64,000 bases of DNA, taken from the NCBI GenBank assembly GCA_030528055.1, contig JAUMZQ010000004.1:15160-79159 (forward strand), written 5' to 3'. The translations under genes and the position numbers were made by a program. The stretch's first letter is position 1, and each line of letters opens with the position of its first letter. Source of the stretch: Streptococcus sp. (GTDB taxonomy: Bacteria; Bacillota; Bacilli; Lactobacillales; Streptococcaceae). Positions 12,601-30,159 of the stretch are shown here, in pieces. The notes beneath the pieces were generated by a model. That model was not told the DNA's origin. It saw nothing but the letters and a program-made list of their open reading frames with translations, and did no database searches.

Positions 12601-13344
12601 CCTTCTCTCCGTATCAAAATCAGTTTGATAACATCCACGTAGAAAGGTCGTGTCCATCCACTGTTTGGGATTACTAGTTGATTGAAGAAAGTTATAAATA
12701 CGATATACCTGTTGGCGAAAACCTAAAACATCCTTACGCTTTCCAGTAAAATTTTTAACTAGTTTACTAAAAACTTCTTGTTGATTACTTTCATAGTACC
12801 GCTCAAAAAGTTGGTCAAACACCTCGTTTTGTAAAATTAAACGTTCACTATCATTTTGCAATATTCTAAAGTTTGGTGCCACACTGATTAAGTAGCCATA
12901 TTCATTAAGAATTTTTTGCGTAAAGGAGTCCATTGTTCCAATATCAGCTGTAGAAATCAAAGGAATTTGTTGAGCAAGGTGTCGTTTTAATTGCTCATCT
13001 TGTTCTGTTGCGATGGCTTTACTCAATTCTTTTTCCAAGCGTTCTCTTAGCTCACCTGCTGCTTTTACAGTAAAAGTAGAAATAAAGAGTTGGTCTACAC
13101 AAATACCTCTAGAAAGTTGATCCAAAATGCGTTGAACCATGACAAAGGTTTTCCCAGAACCAGCTGACGCAGAAACCAAGATATTCTCACCTGAAGAATA
13201 GATAGCTTCAATCTGTTCCTTCGTTAATTTTTGCTCTTTAGTAGATAACGATTCTTTGAGTTGCAAATCAGTAATCTGTTCTTTATTTAAAAAGGGAATA
13301 ACTTGCATTGGTAAATATTGATAGGAATCTTTCATGATAATCAT
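9652..13344 (-). CDS. addA: ATP-dependent helicase/nuclease subunit A (AddA/RexA)
   Basis: UvrD-type helicase Walker [14 protein letters not shown] plus a C-terminal PD-(D/E)XK nuclease region; the ORF reaches 13365 through non-ATG codons, so the start is taken at MIIMKDSY. Confidence 0.9.
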   Translation of the reverse strand: MIIMKDSYQYLPMQVIPFLNKEQITDLQLKESLSTKEQKLTKEQIEAIYSSGENILVSASAGSGKTFVMVQRILDQLSRGICVDQLFISTFTVKAAGELRERLEKELSKAIATEQDEQLKRHLAQQIPLISTADIGTMDSFTQKILNEYGYLISVAPNFRILQNDSERLILQNEVFDQLFERYYESNQQEVFSKLVKNFTGKRKDVLGFRQQVYRIYNFLQSTSNPKQWMDTTFLRGCYQTDFDTERRQLVEKVKHALFDLESFFHSHLEGEGQLFKKAKYQENIADVLEQIAQLNEIAKEETILNVLQKVLSYNAQAFTARVGKTADDYKKEVAKDFNESRKPFIEALKGLNSQFFQLEFMEKYQEDSNLILELLKDFVLDFSQMYLKRKQEENVFEFGDISHFAIQILEEFPQVRTFYQEKYHEIMVDEYQDTNHTQERMLELLSNGQNRFMVGDIKQSIYRFRQADPQIFNDKFKRYQADPLQGKLIVLKENFRSHVEVLEATNDIFKHLMDEEVGEIDYNLTHYLVAGNPSNQIAHPSYKAECLLYDDSVADSDEDEGDVTSASEVALVIKEIIRLHNEEGVAFKDITLLTASRTRNNLILNEFAKFDIPIIPDGGEDNYLQSVEVMVMLDTLRTINNPLNDYALVALLKSPMFNFTEDELARLSLQESSSHSQENFYEKLRNALKNKGSQPDLISPSFKKKLQHFEETLQDWRLFSKNHSLYDLIWKIYQDRFYYDIVGALPNGAYRQANLYALSLRANDYEKTSFKGLSRFVSMIDRVLANQHDLASVMPAVPVDAVHLMTVHKSKGLEFKYVFLINLDKAFNKQDSHSSIILSRKNGIGIKYVADVLLSAAETQETSTVHISMDTLPYKKNSEELHLASLSEQMRLLYVAMTRAKNKLYLVGKGKQEKLEAKNWGKNCNGRLDTEIRKELHSFQDWIFAIKTVFHQENLSFDLRFVMDNELTMEKIGSIQQKSPIQIDNLANNRQTEDLARALDILANVDALNSQYAAAINLPSVRTPSQIKKFYEPIMDVDGVEIMRETPVSNRNSTIHFELPCFDKKGQVSGAQIGSAIHELMQRVPLEKKPTESVLKQILKQMSVEQQVKNRIDLLKIVSFFDTELGEMIMKHPDKVHREAPFAMLKIDPMSKQDFVVRGILDGYLLFDDRIVLFDYKTDKYHFPEELVERYHSQLSLYAEALARSYEIQTIEKYLILLGGKDIQVVEVK

Positions 13345-13438
13345 AGCGGATGATTCTATACACACTTTATCATTAATGAAAAGTTCTAATCGTTCAATAG
13401 AGTGTTTTTAATGATCTCTATCCATTAAAAATGACAAA

Positions 13439-16400
13439 CTATTTAGAATCCCTATCAAGTTCCTCCTTTATTTTTTCTATCCAAGCTTGGCGTAATTTTT
13501 CACCAACTGGACGCTTATCATATTGACTAGTATCAAGTTTTTCTAATTGTCTGGCTTGACCAAGATGCAAACTGGCATCAAAACCAGTAATGGCTTTAAA
13601 TTGATCTACATAAGGAGCGATACTTCTCCCATCTTCCGTATAGGGATTGATTGAAAAATATCCCGAAAGAATTCCCTCTGCTGCTTTTTTGTAGAGATAG
13701 TTATTATAGGTCAGCATAATTTCCAACTCTTCTGCATTCAGTAGATTGGTCTTACTTGTATCATAAGCAGAACCCAGACTTTGAACAGAATCATCTAAGA
13801 AAATTCCCTTGTACCGAAGAATTTTCGTAACAGATGTTAGGGCTTCGTCAACCGTTTTGATATCTTTTAGCGAAATAATTGGATCTGCCATCTGCAAATA
13901 CATGGCTCCAAAAACTTCTCCATTAGATTGGTAATTTTTCATATTTCTCAGCGCTGCTAGATAGGTTGGTAGTTGTGAGTTCAAACCATTGAAGAATTTT
14001 TCATAGTGAAAGGTTGTTTCGCTAGATTTATAGTCCACAATTCCCAAACTACCAGTTTCAGACAAGCGATCGATTCGATCCACTTTCCCACGAACAACAA
14101 GCGCTCGACCATTATTAAGTGTTAAAAATGGAGCATTTTCAGATCCAAAACTTAATTCTTCCCCAATCGTTTCCACATTTGCATTTTGAGTCAGCACACG
14201 ACTTGTTGCCCATGCTATATCCAACAATAATTGACGAGTAAAACGCGTTTCACTGTTTTCGTTGTAGATATTCTCAAATTCTTTTTCATGGCTAATTTCT
14301 TGAATCACTTCTTGCAAGTGTTGGTCAAAATTTCCTTGATTCTTCTTTTGTAAAAATTTTTCAAAAATACGGTGTAAAAAATTACCATGGCTTCTCGCAT
14401 CAGGATAAATAGTCCACTCTTCTTTTAATTTCAACACATACCGTAGAAAATAAGCATATTGGTTTTTATAATATTCTGTCAATGCAGAGGTAGATAAGTG
14501 AAAAGAAGTTTCTGCTGGATAAAGGACTGATAGTGTATCTGCATGAATCTTCTCTGTTTGAACTTCCTTACTCATCTGTGGAATAACGATACCTTCTTGT
14601 TGCAGTTTTTTTCGTAATACTCGGACAACGACTGCCCAAAATGTTTGTTCTTCAGGTGTCCATTGAGCATCGATTTCTTTTTGATACAAATCAATTACTC
14701 GTGATAGCAACGATCGATAGTTCCCAATGTCGTCGCTACTAGCTTCAGGTTTTTTGACAAGAATAGGTACAGAAATAGGCGCCAGTGTTAACTCTACAAG
14801 ATAGGGTGACATGTTCTCCTCAACTTCATTTACTAAGGCTGGAGTAGACAGTACCAGTTCTTTTGTAGCTGAGTTGATAAGAGAAAGGGCTGTAAATCGG
14901 TTTTTCTTTAGATTTTCTTGACTAGCAATCATCAGTTCTGCTTGTCTATCTGTTGCCTCATTTAAACGGGCTCTTTCTTCATCACTTAATAAACTCTTAT
15001 TTTTTACCAATTTAGGAAAACGTTCTTGAGTCAATCCAATAGCGTACACATAAGGAGCTGTTGATGGCTCAATCAAATCATAGGATTGCACCCTCACTAC
15101 ATCCACCGTTGCTGGTACTGTTCGATAAGTAGATAACAACATTCCATAGCGAATAAGTGTGAGAAAATCGTCTAGCTGAATCTTACTAGTCGCAAAAATA
15201 ATTGAAAACTGCTCTAGAATATGAGTAAATGCTTTCCATACTTCCTCTTGCTTTTCTTCTTCGGCTGGTTCAGATGGAAATAGTAGAATCTCCAAATTTT
15301 CAGTTAGATAAACCGACTTAAAAAAAGTCATTAATCGGTCTAATAATCCTGTTGCCGTTTGACTTCTGGTTTTGAAAAACTCTTGCAAAGGATTTAGCAA
15401 ATCTTGTCTAAGAATATTTAATTTTTTTAGGTCAAATTTCTCTTGGCGATTAATAGTGAATTCTTTATTAAATTTGCTAGCTCCTTTAATATCTATAAAA
15501 CGAAGATATTGTTCCAACGAATCTAACTCTTCCTGAGAAACCTTGCCATATAAGCCCGTTTTAAAGAGATTTAATACATCATCTAGTTGGTAATTATAGC
15601 GCTTAATCCGTTCTAAAGATTCTATAAACTGTACCAATGGATGCTGAGCCATCGTTTCACTACGACTCAAATAAAATGGAATTTGATACTGGTCAAAAAT
15701 TGTCTTTAACTGCAAAGAATAAGCCTCTACATCACCTAATAACACACGAATTTCTTTATAACGAGCGCCATCATGAAGCCGTTGACGAATAGATTTTGCT
15801 ACATACTCCAATTCTTCTTTTTGATTATGAGTTGTCCAGATTTGTATACAAGAACGATCGGATGGGCTCAATTCTAAATCTGTTTCAGAAAAATCATATC
15901 GACTCTCTAAAATATTGGAAATTTTTTCAAAAGAGTCTGCCTTTTTCTCACTTTTAATATAGCTTGGTCTAACTTGATAAGTTTGTGCTAGTTTGGTCAA
16001 AAAATCAACGCCAGCCTGATATAAATTTCCTTCTCGAAAAGTGGAATGGTAAGCTTTTTTACTAGAATAAACTCCAATGACAATCTCTGCACCCTTTTGA
16101 TGTAATAATTCAATTAAATGTTCTTCTTCGGCAGAAAAACGAGTAAATCCATCAATAACCAGTGCTATATTTTTTAGTTCTTCATCTATATTGCCCGTTA
16201 CGATGTGGTGAATAAATGTAGCGATAGTTGAACTAGAGGCAAAATTTCCCTCATTTAATGCGTGCGTTATTTTTTCAAAAATATAGAGGAGGTCTGCTTT
16301 TTTATCTGGATTTTCTAAATAATCTAGATCCAAAACGTCCATCTCAGCCGTCTGCAATTCATGATACAAATCTAGTAGCTGTTGAATGAATTGTGTATCT

Positions 16401-16729
16401 TTTTTTAGACCAGCATAGACTTTAAGCTCTGTGTCTTCCATTTCAGATAAAATTTTATAAAACAACATCCCCAAACCAATGTCATCTAAATTTTGTTTTT
16501 CATGAATATCTTCCAAAAGAAAATAACGTGCCATTTGTGCAAAACGCGTAATTGTAATTGAAAAAGAAGCCTTACTTGGTAATTCAGTTAAAACGGCATA
16601 CTCTTTTTCAAAGGAAAGAGAATTGGGAGCAATATAAAAAACTCGCTTTCCCTTTTGAACTAACTGTTCTGCTTCCTTAGCTAAAAGTTGAGTTAAAGGA
16701 TTACGGATATCTGTATAAAGTAATTTCAT
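13439..16729 (-). CDS. addB: ATP-dependent helicase/nuclease subunit B (AddB/RexB)
   Basis: 1096 aa immediately upstream of addA on the same strand; degenerate helicase N-terminus and nuclease C-terminus typical of RexB. Confidence 0.85.
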   Translation of the reverse strand: MKLLYTDIRNPLTQLLAKEAEQLVQKGKRVFYIAPNSLSFEKEYAVLTELPSKASFSITITRFAQMARYFLLEDIHEKQNLDDIGLGMLFYKILSEMEDTELKVYAGLKKDTQFIQQLLDLYHELQTAEMDVLDLDYLENPDKKADLLYIFEKITHALNEGNFASSSTIATFIHHIVTGNIDEELKNIALVIDGFTRFSAEEEHLIELLHQKGAEIVIGVYSSKKAYHSTFREGNLYQAGVDFLTKLAQTYQVRPSYIKSEKKADSFEKISNILESRYDFSETDLELSPSDRSCIQIWTTHNQKEELEYVAKSIRQRLHDGARYKEIRVLLGDVEAYSLQLKTIFDQYQIPFYLSRSETMAQHPLVQFIESLERIKRYNYQLDDVLNLFKTGLYGKVSQEELDSLEQYLRFIDIKGASKFNKEFTINRQEKFDLKKLNILRQDLLNPLQEFFKTRSQTATGLLDRLMTFFKSVYLTENLEILLFPSEPAEEEKQEEVWKAFTHILEQFSIIFATSKIQLDDFLTLIRYGMLLSTYRTVPATVDVVRVQSYDLIEPSTAPYVYAIGLTQERFPKLVKNKSLLSDEERARLNEATDRQAELMIASQENLKKNRFTALSLINSATKELVLSTPALVNEVEENMSPYLVELTLAPISVPILVKKPEASSDDIGNYRSLLSRVIDLYQKEIDAQWTPEEQTFWAVVVRVLRKKLQQEGIVIPQMSKEVQTEKIHADTLSVLYPAETSFHLSTSALTEYYKNQYAYFLRYVLKLKEEWTIYPDARSHGNFLHRIFEKFLQKKNQGNFDQHLQEVIQEISHEKEFENIYNENSETRFTRQLLLDIAWATSRVLTQNANVETIGEELSFGSENAPFLTLNNGRALVVRGKVDRIDRLSETGSLGIVDYKSSETTFHYEKFFNGLNSQLPTYLAALRNMKNYQSNGEVFGAMYLQMADPIISLKDIKTVDEALTSVTKILRYKGIFLDDSVQSLGSAYDTSKTNLLNAEELEIMLTYNNYLYKKAAEGILSGYFSINPYTEDGRSIAPYVDQFKAITGFDASLHLGQARQLEKLDTSQYDKRPVGEKLRQAWIEKIKEELDRDSK

Positions 16730-16829
16730 AGCAAACCTTTTTTCTGTAGAATCTTCCTATATTATAACATTTTTACATAAATCACTGAAAAAGAAAAATT
16801 AATGCAAGAAAAAAGAGCATCTCGCTCTT

Positions 16830-17876
16830 TTATCCCAAAACAATCATAGACTTAATTGTCTTTCGTTCATCCATATCTTTATAAGCTTGATCAATCTCGT
16901 CTAACTGATATGTACTAGTGAAAACTTTTCCTGGGTTGATGACACCATCCAGTACTGCTTTTAGCAAAATTCCCTTATCATAAGTTGTAACAGAAGCAGG
17001 ACCACCTGCAAAAACTGTATTGCGCATAAAATAATCACCAATATTGATATCTTTTGTATGTGGCACTCCTACTCGACCAACAATCGCTCCTGGTCTTGTA
17101 ATAGCAATCGCCGTTTCTGTTGATAGTTGCGTTCCCACACACTCAAGAGAGGCATCTACACCAGCTCCATTGGTCAATTCAAGAACTTTAGCAATTCCTT
17201 CTTCACCACGTTCAGCTACAATATCTGTTGCTCCAAATTCAACAGCTAGTTTTTGACGATCTTCATGACGACTCATTATAATAATTCGTTTTGCACCGCG
17301 CAATTTAGCTGCAATAACAGCACAAAGACCAACTGCTCCATCTCCCACAACGGCAACAGTATCACCCTTTTGTACATTTGCCACTCGGGCTGCATGATAG
17401 CCTGTTGGCATCACATCCGCAAGAGCTAGGAAAGACTGAATCATTCCTTCTTGGTAATCACTTGGTTGTCCAGGAACCTTGACCAAGGACCAATTAGCAT
17501 GTGTATAGCGAACATACTCTGCTTGATAACCACTACTATAGTTGGTTTGAGGTTCATGTGATTGACAGCCACCCTCATATCCTGCTTGGCAAGCCGCACA
17601 ATGACCACATCCATGTGTAAAAGGAGCTATTACAAAGTCTCCTTTTTTAACGGTGTTAATATCTTCTCCAACCTCTTCAATAATTCCGATAATTTCATGA
17701 CCACTATTATGAGAATTTTCTTCTTTCTCACCAATGCCACGATAAGACCACAAATCCGAACCACAAACACAAGAACGAAGCACTCGAATAATGGCATCAT
17801 CTTTTTCTATAATGGTAGGTTTTTCAAAATTTTTAATGGTCATTTGACCTGCTTTTACAAATACTGCTGATTTCAT
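16830..17876 (-). CDS. zinc-dependent alcohol dehydrogenase family oxidoreductase
   Basis: 348 aa; GHE..G catalytic-zinc motif, structural-zinc Cys cluster CGHCAAC, Rossmann GDGAVG. Confidence 0.8.
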   Translation of the reverse strand: MKSAVFVKAGQMTIKNFEKPTIIEKDDAIIRVLRSCVCGSDLWSYRGIGEKEENSHNSGHEIIGIIEEVGEDINTVKKGDFVIAPFTHGCGHCAACQAGYEGGCQSHEPQTNYSSGYQAEYVRYTHANWSLVKVPGQPSDYQEGMIQSFLALADVMPTGYHAARVANVQKGDTVAVVGDGAVGLCAVIAAKLRGAKRIIIMSRHEDRQKLAVEFGATDIVAERGEEGIAKVLELTNGAGVDASLECVGTQLSTETAIAITRPGAIVGRVGVPHTKDINIGDYFMRNTVFAGGPASVTTYDKGILLKAVLDGVINPGKVFTSTYQLDEIDQAYKDMDERKTIKSMIVLG

Positions 17877-17993
17877 AAAAAGCCTCCTTTAAAATTGAAT
17901 AAACTAAACTATACACCTATCATATACTTAAGTCAAGGAAAAATTGTTTTCAAAAATAGGTTACTGGTAAAGTAATGCCGTCCATTCTCAAAT

Positions 17994-18036
17994 CAAAAAG
18001 ACTTAGCTTGTTCAATACAAAGCCAAGTCTTTTTAC
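17994..18036 (-). terminator. terminator downstream of the GH101 gene
   Basis: aagacttagcttg ... caagccaagtctt hairpin followed by T-rich sequence on the minus strand. Confidence 0.5.
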
Positions 18037-18084
18037 TAATATTTTGGAGCTAACTTTTTGAAGTTAATATTTTTGATGTATAGT

Positions 18085-24057
<5,973 letters not shown>

Positions 24058-24160
24058 CTAAAAATGTATGCGCTTTCTATGATAATATTAACATATTAAG
24101 TTATAGTGGTCAAGAATTTACTCAAACAAAAAAATTGATATTCAATTGATGAAATTGTGA

Positions 24161-24187
24161 AAAAAGAAGACCTGAACGGTCCTCTTT
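24161..24187 (-). terminator. pheT terminator
   Basis: gaagacc/ggtcctc hairpin plus T-run on the minus strand. Confidence 0.5.
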
Positions 24188-24220
24188 AGACTATGATTTT
24201 TTCATCTCTTGATTCCACCA

Positions 24221-26626
24221 TTATCTCACTTCGGCACCCAGTTTTTCTTCTAAATTCTTTTGAATTTTATCCATATAACGTGCCACTTCTTCATCTTCAA
24301 GTGTACTTTCTGGATTTTGGAAGGTTAGGGTATAAGCCATCGATTTAACGCCAATACCTAATTTTTCTCCTGAGAAAATATCAAATAATTTGATATTGGT
24401 TAATCGCTTAATGCGAGCGGATTGAATAGCTTCCACAACGTCCGCATGGCTTACTTCTGACTTAAGTAACAAGGCAATGTCTCGCGTCACTGCTGGGAAC
24501 TTCGTAATCTCCACAAATGGTTGAGCAGGGTGAAGATATTCTTCAATTAATGATAAGTTCAATTCAGCAACATAAGTTTCTGGAATATCATAGGTCTTAG
24601 CCACTGCAGGATGGACTTGTCCTACATATCCGACTTCTTTTCCATCTAGCAATATTAAAGCAGTTCGTCCAGGATGCATACTATCTAATGCTGAATAAGC
24701 GATATAATCAACTGCTAAATCTAATCGCTCAAAAATGGCTTCAATGATTCCTTTGGCATAGAAAAAGTCAACTGTTCTTGCTTCCGTCTGAAAATCTTTT
24801 TCTTTTACCAAACCTGTCAGAGCAAAGGCAAAATGATTGATTTCATTTGGTAGTTCTTCTTTTGGATTTTCTAACTGTTCAAATATTTTACCAATTTCAT
24901 ACAAGGCAATATTTTTATTCTTCCGTGCCACATTATAACTAATGGTATCCAGCATTCCTGACACAATGTTTTGACGAAGAACACTCCTATCAACCGTCAT
25001 CGGCCACATTAATTCTGTCAAATGGCTTGGTTCCAAGGTGAACTCTACTGCTTTTTCAGGAGTTGTCAAAGTGTAAGAAATCATCTCAGTCAGACCTGCA
25101 CCTTCAACAGTTGCTCGTATTTTACGACGTAATTTTTGAGTGGTTGTCAATTCTCCTACACTTCCAGTATCTTTTGGAAGAGTCACTGGTAAACGATGAT
25201 AGCCATAAATTCGGGCAATTTCTTCAAATAAGTCAGCTGGAATGCTAATATCCCAACGACGACAAGGAACATCAACGGTGAACTGTTCTGCATTTCCTGT
25301 CAAACCAAATTGCAAACGTCGAAAAACATCTTCAATATCTGCATAGATCAACTCTGTCCCAAGTACGCGGTTAACATCTGCAAGACTAGTCGAAATTTGA
25401 GTGTCACCCGTATCTAAACTTCCTGCAGACACTTGCCCCTTATAAACTGAAGCACCTGTTAATTCTGCAATCATACTAGCTGCAGCATCTAAAGCTTCTG
25501 TTACGGTTGCGTGATTGATTCCTTTTTCAAAGCGAGAGGATGACTCTGAACGTAGTCCTAATCTTGCGCTTGTTTTACGGATTGATTTCCCATCAAAAAC
25601 TGCTGCTTCTAGTACAATTCGAGTAGAGTTTTCAGAAATTTCAGTGTCAGCTCCCCCCATAACTCCAGCTAAGGCAACCGGTTTGTCAGCAACTGTTATT
25701 ACCAAATCACTCGTTGTTAACTCTCTTTCCACTCCATCTAATGTGAGTAATGTTTCATCCAGACGAGCTTCACGCACCACAATCGTATCAGATTTAAAAG
25801 TATCAAGATCAAAGGCATGCATAGGTTGCCCAAAATACAACAAAATATAATTTGTCACATCAACTACATTATTAATAGGACGAATCCCTTCATTCATCAA
25901 AAGGTTTTGAAGCCATTGTGGACTAGGCGCTACTGTTACATTTTCTAAAACTCTGACTGCATAAAAAGGAGCTTTTTCACTCTCTAATTCTACTGAAATC
26001 TGATCAGCTACTTGCTTTGTCGTTTCTGACAAAGGAAAATGTCTCAAAGTTACTTCTTTATCATAGATAGCTGCTACTTCATAAGCCACCCCATACATTG
26101 ACAAGGCATCTGCACGGTTAGGAGTAATAGATAACTCTATAATATCATCATCTAAATCCAAATATTTAAAGACTAAATCACCTGATATGGCTTCTTCAGG
26201 TAAAATTTGGATTCCCTCTGCAAATTCTTTTGGTACGACAGACTCAGAAATTCCAAGTTCTCCCAGAGAACAAATCATTCCGAGCGACTCAAAACCACGA
26301 ATTTTTCCTTTTTTTATTTTATAGTTATCAGCGATACGCGCTCCTGGTAAAGCTACCATCACTTTAATACCAGCAACAACATTAGGAGCTCCACAAATTA
26401 TTTGACGCGGTTCTTCTTCACCGACATCTACTTGACAAATGTGAAGATGAGTTTCAGGAATGTCTTCACAAGTTAAGATTTTACCTACTACTATTTTTGA
26501 TAAACCACTTGCTGGTGAAGTCACTCCTTCTACTTCTATTCCCGTTGTGGACATTTTTTCTGCCAAATCTTTGGTTGGTACATCAATAGCGACCAACTCT
26601 TTCAACCATTTATAACTTACTAACAT
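24221..26626 (-). CDS. pheT: phenylalanine--tRNA ligase beta subunit
   Basis: 801 aa with tRNA-binding, B3/4, B5 and FDX-ACB regions. Confidence 0.95.
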   Translation of the reverse strand: MLVSYKWLKELVAIDVPTKDLAEKMSTTGIEVEGVTSPASGLSKIVVGKILTCEDIPETHLHICQVDVGEEEPRQIICGAPNVVAGIKVMVALPGARIADNYKIKKGKIRGFESLGMICSLGELGISESVVPKEFAEGIQILPEEAISGDLVFKYLDLDDDIIELSITPNRADALSMYGVAYEVAAIYDKEVTLRHFPLSETTKQVADQISVELESEKAPFYAVRVLENVTVAPSPQWLQNLLMNEGIRPINNVVDVTNYILLYFGQPMHAFDLDTFKSDTIVVREARLDETLLTLDGVERELTTSDLVITVADKPVALAGVMGGADTEISENSTRIVLEAAVFDGKSIRKTSARLGLRSESSSRFEKGINHATVTEALDAAASMIAELTGASVYKGQVSAGSLDTGDTQISTSLADVNRVLGTELIYADIEDVFRRLQFGLTGNAEQFTVDVPCRRWDISIPADLFEEIARIYGYHRLPVTLPKDTGSVGELTTTQKLRRKIRATVEGAGLTEMISYTLTTPEKAVEFTLEPSHLTELMWPMTVDRSVLRQNIVSGMLDTISYNVARKNKNIALYEIGKIFEQLENPKEELPNEINHFAFALTGLVKEKDFQTEARTVDFFYAKGIIEAIFERLDLAVDYIAYSALDSMHPGRTALILLDGKEVGYVGQVHPAVAKTYDIPETYVAELNLSLIEEYLHPAQPFVEITKFPAVTRDIALLLKSEVSHADVVEAIQSARIKRLTNIKLFDIFSGEKLGIGVKSMAYTLTFQNPESTLEDEEVARYMDKIQKNLEEKLGAEVR

Positions 26627-26711
26627 AATAAAGATATTCAGACTACTAGGAGATGAAAATACTATTCTATCTCTTCGCCTTTGTTCCTTTCTTTTCTACA
26701 TCTATCCAATT

Positions 26712-27221
26712 CTATTTCAAGTATTTTTTTAGTAACCAATCTGTATCCACTGTGTTACCTGTAACATACTCGTGTTCACTAAATTTTTCAAATCCATATT
26801 GAGAGTAAAAAGCTTGTGCTTTGAAATTTCTTTCCCAAACTCCAAGCCAAGCCCATGTAAAGTCACGTTCAATAGCTTGTTTTAAGGCAAACTCAAACAT
26901 CTCTTTGCCAAGTCCCTCGCCTTGATAGGCTTTCAGAAGATAAATCCGATGAATCTCAAAAGCATCTTCTAGTTCTTTTTCCGTTTGAGCTTCTCCCCAG
27001 TTGAACTTCAAAAAACCTACTACTTTTTCATCTTTTAAGACAAAATAAGTTTCTGACATCGGTTCTTCCAAATCTTTTTTTATTTGTTCCAGAGATAACT
27101 CATTTGAGAAATAGTGATTTAGGTCTTCCTCTTGAATATAAGGGGAAAAAGTTTCCCGATAGGTTTCTATCTCTAATTCTCGCAAAAGTGGGGCTTCTTC
27201 TAACTTTACTCTAACTAACAT
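26712..27221 (-). CDS. GNAT family N-acetyltransferase
   Basis: 169 aa; acetyl-CoA motif (QGEGLGKEMF); sits between pheS and pheT as in many streptococci. Confidence 0.75.
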   Translation of the reverse strand: MLVRVKLEEAPLLRELEIETYRETFSPYIQEEDLNHYFSNELSLEQIKKDLEEPMSETYFVLKDEKVVGFLKFNWGEAQTEKELEDAFEIHRIYLLKAYQGEGLGKEMFEFALKQAIERDFTWAWLGVWERNFKAQAFYSQYGFEKFSEHEYVTGNTVDTDWLLKKYLK

Positions 27222-27233
27222 GGCAGGCTCCTA

Positions 27234-28283
27234 TCATTTAAACTGTTCTGAAAAACGAATATCTCCTTGATAAAATCCACGAATATCATTGATTCCATAG
27301 CGAAGCATTGCAATCCGCTCTTGACCTAAACCAAAAGCAAATCCTGAATAGTGCTCTGTATCAATGCCACTCATTTCAAGGACACTTGGATGTACCATTC
27401 CAGCACCTAGAATCTCAATCCAACCTGTTTGCTTACACACATTGCATCCTTTCCCACCGCATTTGAAGCAAGAGACATCCACTTCAACAGACGGTTCTGT
27501 AAAAGGAAAATAACTTGGTCTGAGGCGAATCTTTCGATCCTCTCCAAACATTTTTTTGATAATCAATTCTAGCGTTCCATTCAAATCTGCCATAGAAATA
27601 TTTTTACCAATGACCAAACCTTCAATTTGATGGAACTGATGAGAATGCGTTGCGTCATCTGTATCTCTTCTGAACACTCGTCCAGGAGAAATCATTTTCA
27701 AATCACCTTTGGAAAAGTCGTGACGATCCATTGCTCTAGCTTGAACTGGACTCGTATGTGTTCGCATTAAAATTTCTTCTGTAATGTAAAAAGTGTCTTG
27801 CATATCGCGTGCCGGATGATCCTTTGGAAGATTCATTCTCTCAAAATTGTAATAATCCGATTCAACTTCAAATCCATCCACGATTTGATAACCCATCCCA
27901 ATAAAAATATCTTCTATTTCTTCACTTGTTTGGCTCAATATATGTCGATTTCCGAGTGAAACTTTGCGTGCAGGTAAGGTAACATCAATGGATTCCTTTG
28001 CCAATTTTTGTTTTACTATTTGCTTTTCTATATCCTCTGCAGTCTCTTCAAACGCTTTGGTCAAAACATCTCGTGCTTCATTTACATGTTTTCCAATTAA
28101 TGGTCTCATCTCCGCAGAAATATTTTTCATCCCCTTTAGAATTTCTGTTAAAGAGCCCTTTTTACCGAGAACTGAAACGCGTAAGTCTTGCATTTCTTTT
28201 TTATTTTCCGTTGTAATTCGCTTTAGAGAAGCTAAAGTTTCTTCTCTTAATACTCTCAATTGTTCTTCAATACTAGTTGACAT
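27234..28283 (-). CDS. pheS: phenylalanine--tRNA ligase alpha subunit
   Basis: 349 aa with class-II aaRS motifs; RBS GGAGG. Confidence 0.95.
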   Translation of the reverse strand: MSTSIEEQLRVLREETLASLKRITTENKKEMQDLRVSVLGKKGSLTEILKGMKNISAEMRPLIGKHVNEARDVLTKAFEETAEDIEKQIVKQKLAKESIDVTLPARKVSLGNRHILSQTSEEIEDIFIGMGYQIVDGFEVESDYYNFERMNLPKDHPARDMQDTFYITEEILMRTHTSPVQARAMDRHDFSKGDLKMISPGRVFRRDTDDATHSHQFHQIEGLVIGKNISMADLNGTLELIIKKMFGEDRKIRLRPSYFPFTEPSVEVDVSCFKCGGKGCNVCKQTGWIEILGAGMVHPSVLEMSGIDTEHYSGFAFGLGQERIAMLRYGINDIRGFYQGDIRFSEQFK

Positions 28284-28286
28284 AAT

Positions 28287-28495
28287 TCCTCCAAAATAAA
28301 AACCACATGTTCTACTCCTTTAGCGGAGCGTTGACACGCGGTACCATCCGTTTTTATCTAGTTTTCTAGACCTTTATTGTCAGTCTTAATGGCAAGTGAA
28401 TTCACCTAATTTCCACTTAGAGAGCTTTCAGTCACGGCTCTCTTCCCTGTTAAATTTCCCTTAGGATACTAGTCTTGCAGACTGCTATTCAATTA
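28287..28495 (-). promoter_or_regulatory. T-box riboswitch leader of pheST, specifier UUC (Phe)
   Basis: Minus strand: AGUA and AGAGAG boxes, specifier context GAA-UUC-A (RC of plus 28398-28400), T-box AACGGAUGGUACCGCG (RC of 28337-28350), terminator plus U-run just before the pheS RBS. Confidence 0.8.
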
Positions 28496-28501
28496 ATACC
28501 A

Positions 28502-28530
28502 ATTCTAACAAATTTTTTTAATTTTAGCAA
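28502..28530 (-). promoter_or_regulatory. sigma-A promoter of the pheS leader
   Basis: TTGCTA, 17 nt, TAGAAT on the minus strand. Confidence 0.6.
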
Positions 28531-28592
28531 CTTAAATGAGGTTTGATGACTGTTCAACTAATCGTAAATATTTTCTCCATACTCTACAATAG

Positions 28593-28624
28593 AAAAAGAA
28601 CTGAAAAAATTTTCAGTTCTTTGA
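28593..28624 (-). terminator. terminator of the substrate-binding protein gene
   Basis: aagaactgaaaa/ttttcagttctt hairpin plus T-run. Confidence 0.6.
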
Positions 28625-28629
28625 GAATA

Positions 28630-29637
28630 TTATTCAATCACTTTTCCAGCATTCTTTAAAAGAGCATCTGGAATGGTGATACCAAGTTCTTCTGCATTTT
28701 TCTTATTGATAACGGACTTGCCCACATTGAAAATCTCAACTGGTGTATCTCCTGGCTTAGCACCTTTTAAAATCTTAGCTACCATTTTTCCAGTTGCAAC
28801 ACCAAGATCATGTTGGTCAATCACAACAGACGCCAAACCGCCTTCTTCCACCATAGCTGTTGCACTTGGATAGATTGGCTTCTTACTTTCTTTATTGTTT
28901 AGAACAACTGTTGAGAAAGCCGAAGCAATGGTGTTATCAATGGGAATCCAAATGGCATCTACCTTTCCTGTCATTACATTCATCGTTGAAGCAATTTCAT
29001 TTGTCGAAGGAACAGAGTACTCTTCAACAGTATATCCAGCTTTTTCAGCTAATTTTTTAAATTCTTCTACCTGTGTTTTTGAATTATCTTCACTACTTGA
29101 ATAGAGAACTCCAATTGTTTTAACATCAGGCGTTAATTTTTGAATCAGTTCAATTTGTTGAGTAGCTGGATTGTGATCTGAAACTCCTGTAATGTTGCCA
29201 CTAGGTTTTTTTAAATCTTTCACCAAGTTAGCTCCAACTGGATCTGTAACGGCTCCCATCACAATTGGTTTTTCACTCGTTGCAGTTGCCAAGCCCTGAG
29301 CAGACGGAGTTGCAATTCCAACTAATACATCATTATCATTAGCAACAAGTTGTTTACTCATGGTAGAAACTTTACTTTGATCACCCTCAGCATTCATAAA
29401 ATCAATTTTAATCTTATCGGTATCATAGCCTTCTTCAGCCAAGCCATCTTTAATCCCTTGGTAAATCAAATCTAAAGACGGGTGACTAACATATTGTAAA
29501 ACACCTACTTTTACAATTTTATCCTCTGATGAATGAGTTGATTTTTTATCCTTCTGAATCACAGTTGAATAAATAATTTCACCGACCACCAACACGATAA
29601 ATAGACCTAAAACAATTAGCAAACGTTTATTTTTCAT
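28630..29637 (-). CDS. ABC transporter substrate-binding protein, COG2984/TrpX-like, membrane-anchored
   Basis: 335 aa; N-terminal signal-anchor with no lipobox Cys; periplasmic-binding fold typical of COG2984 SBPs; preceded by a T-box leader; no permease or ATPase gene adjacent. Confidence 0.7.
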   Translation of the reverse strand: MKNKRLLIVLGLFIVLVVGEIIYSTVIQKDKKSTHSSEDKIVKVGVLQYVSHPSLDLIYQGIKDGLAEEGYDTDKIKIDFMNAEGDQSKVSTMSKQLVANDNDVLVGIATPSAQGLATATSEKPIVMGAVTDPVGANLVKDLKKPSGNITGVSDHNPATQQIELIQKLTPDVKTIGVLYSSSEDNSKTQVEEFKKLAEKAGYTVEEYSVPSTNEIASTMNVMTGKVDAIWIPIDNTIASAFSTVVLNNKESKKPIYPSATAMVEEGGLASVVIDQHDLGVATGKMVAKILKGAKPGDTPVEIFNVGKSVINKKNAEELGITIPDALLKNAGKVIE

Positions 29638-29778
29638 TTTTATTTCCTCACTTTTTATGATATTTTATTGCTCTTTCTTAGAACGCCATCGTTTAAACAT
29701 GGATTCTTCCTCCAGTCATTTTATTATTACTTTTTAAGTACATACAATGAAAATCATTCTCATTTTCAATGATAGCAA

Positions 29779-30025
29779 AATAAAAACCCACATACAGTTT
29801 TTACTGTATGAGGGCGTCATAACGCGGTACCACCTCAGTTATGGAAGAAACACTATCCTTCCATATCTCCGTCTTGTCTTATCAACAAGTTGCACTATAA
29901 GGTGTGCCTACCGAATTCTTATTGGTTCAAATTCATTTTAGTCATTAGTCCAATTTCATAAATCACTGCTACTTCTTTTCACCAAACAGAAGCTCTCTAA
30001 AAACAAATCATTACTACTTTCTAAT
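29779..30025 (-). promoter_or_regulatory. T-box riboswitch leader, probable specifier UGG (Trp)
   Basis: Minus strand: AGUA and AGAGAG boxes, AGUGA distal loop, UUGG-A immediately 5' of the basal helix (UGG = RC of plus 29950-29952), T-box UGAGGUGGUACCGCG (RC of 29823-29836), terminator cccacauacagu/acuguaugaggg + U-run (29779-29815). Confidence 0.7.
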
Positions 30026-30031
30026 GATACT

Positions 30032-30060
30032 ATTCTAGTGGTTTCTAAAGAAAATGTCAA
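30032..30060 (-). promoter_or_regulatory. consensus sigma-A promoter for the T-box leader
   Basis: TTGACA, 17 nt, TAGAAT on the minus strand. Confidence 0.65.
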
Positions 30061-30159
30061 GAGCTCTAGCATAAAACAAATGAATGCCATTCATTAAGCA
30101 AGATTTATAATATTTTTCAATTAGACCTTCTCTCTCAACTCTTTTTCCTTTTTAGTCTA

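Noticed and set aside
13345-13365. N-terminal extension MCIESSA of addA
   Set aside because: The extension uses a non-ATG initiation and lacks an RBS; MIIMKDSY is the likely start.
25515-25850. 111-aa plus-strand ORF inside pheT
   Set aside because: Antisense to conserved pheT, Ser/Thr-rich low-complexity translation, no RBS.
27964-28299. 111-aa plus-strand ORF across the pheS 5' end
   Set aside because: Antisense to pheS and its T-box leader; no start context.
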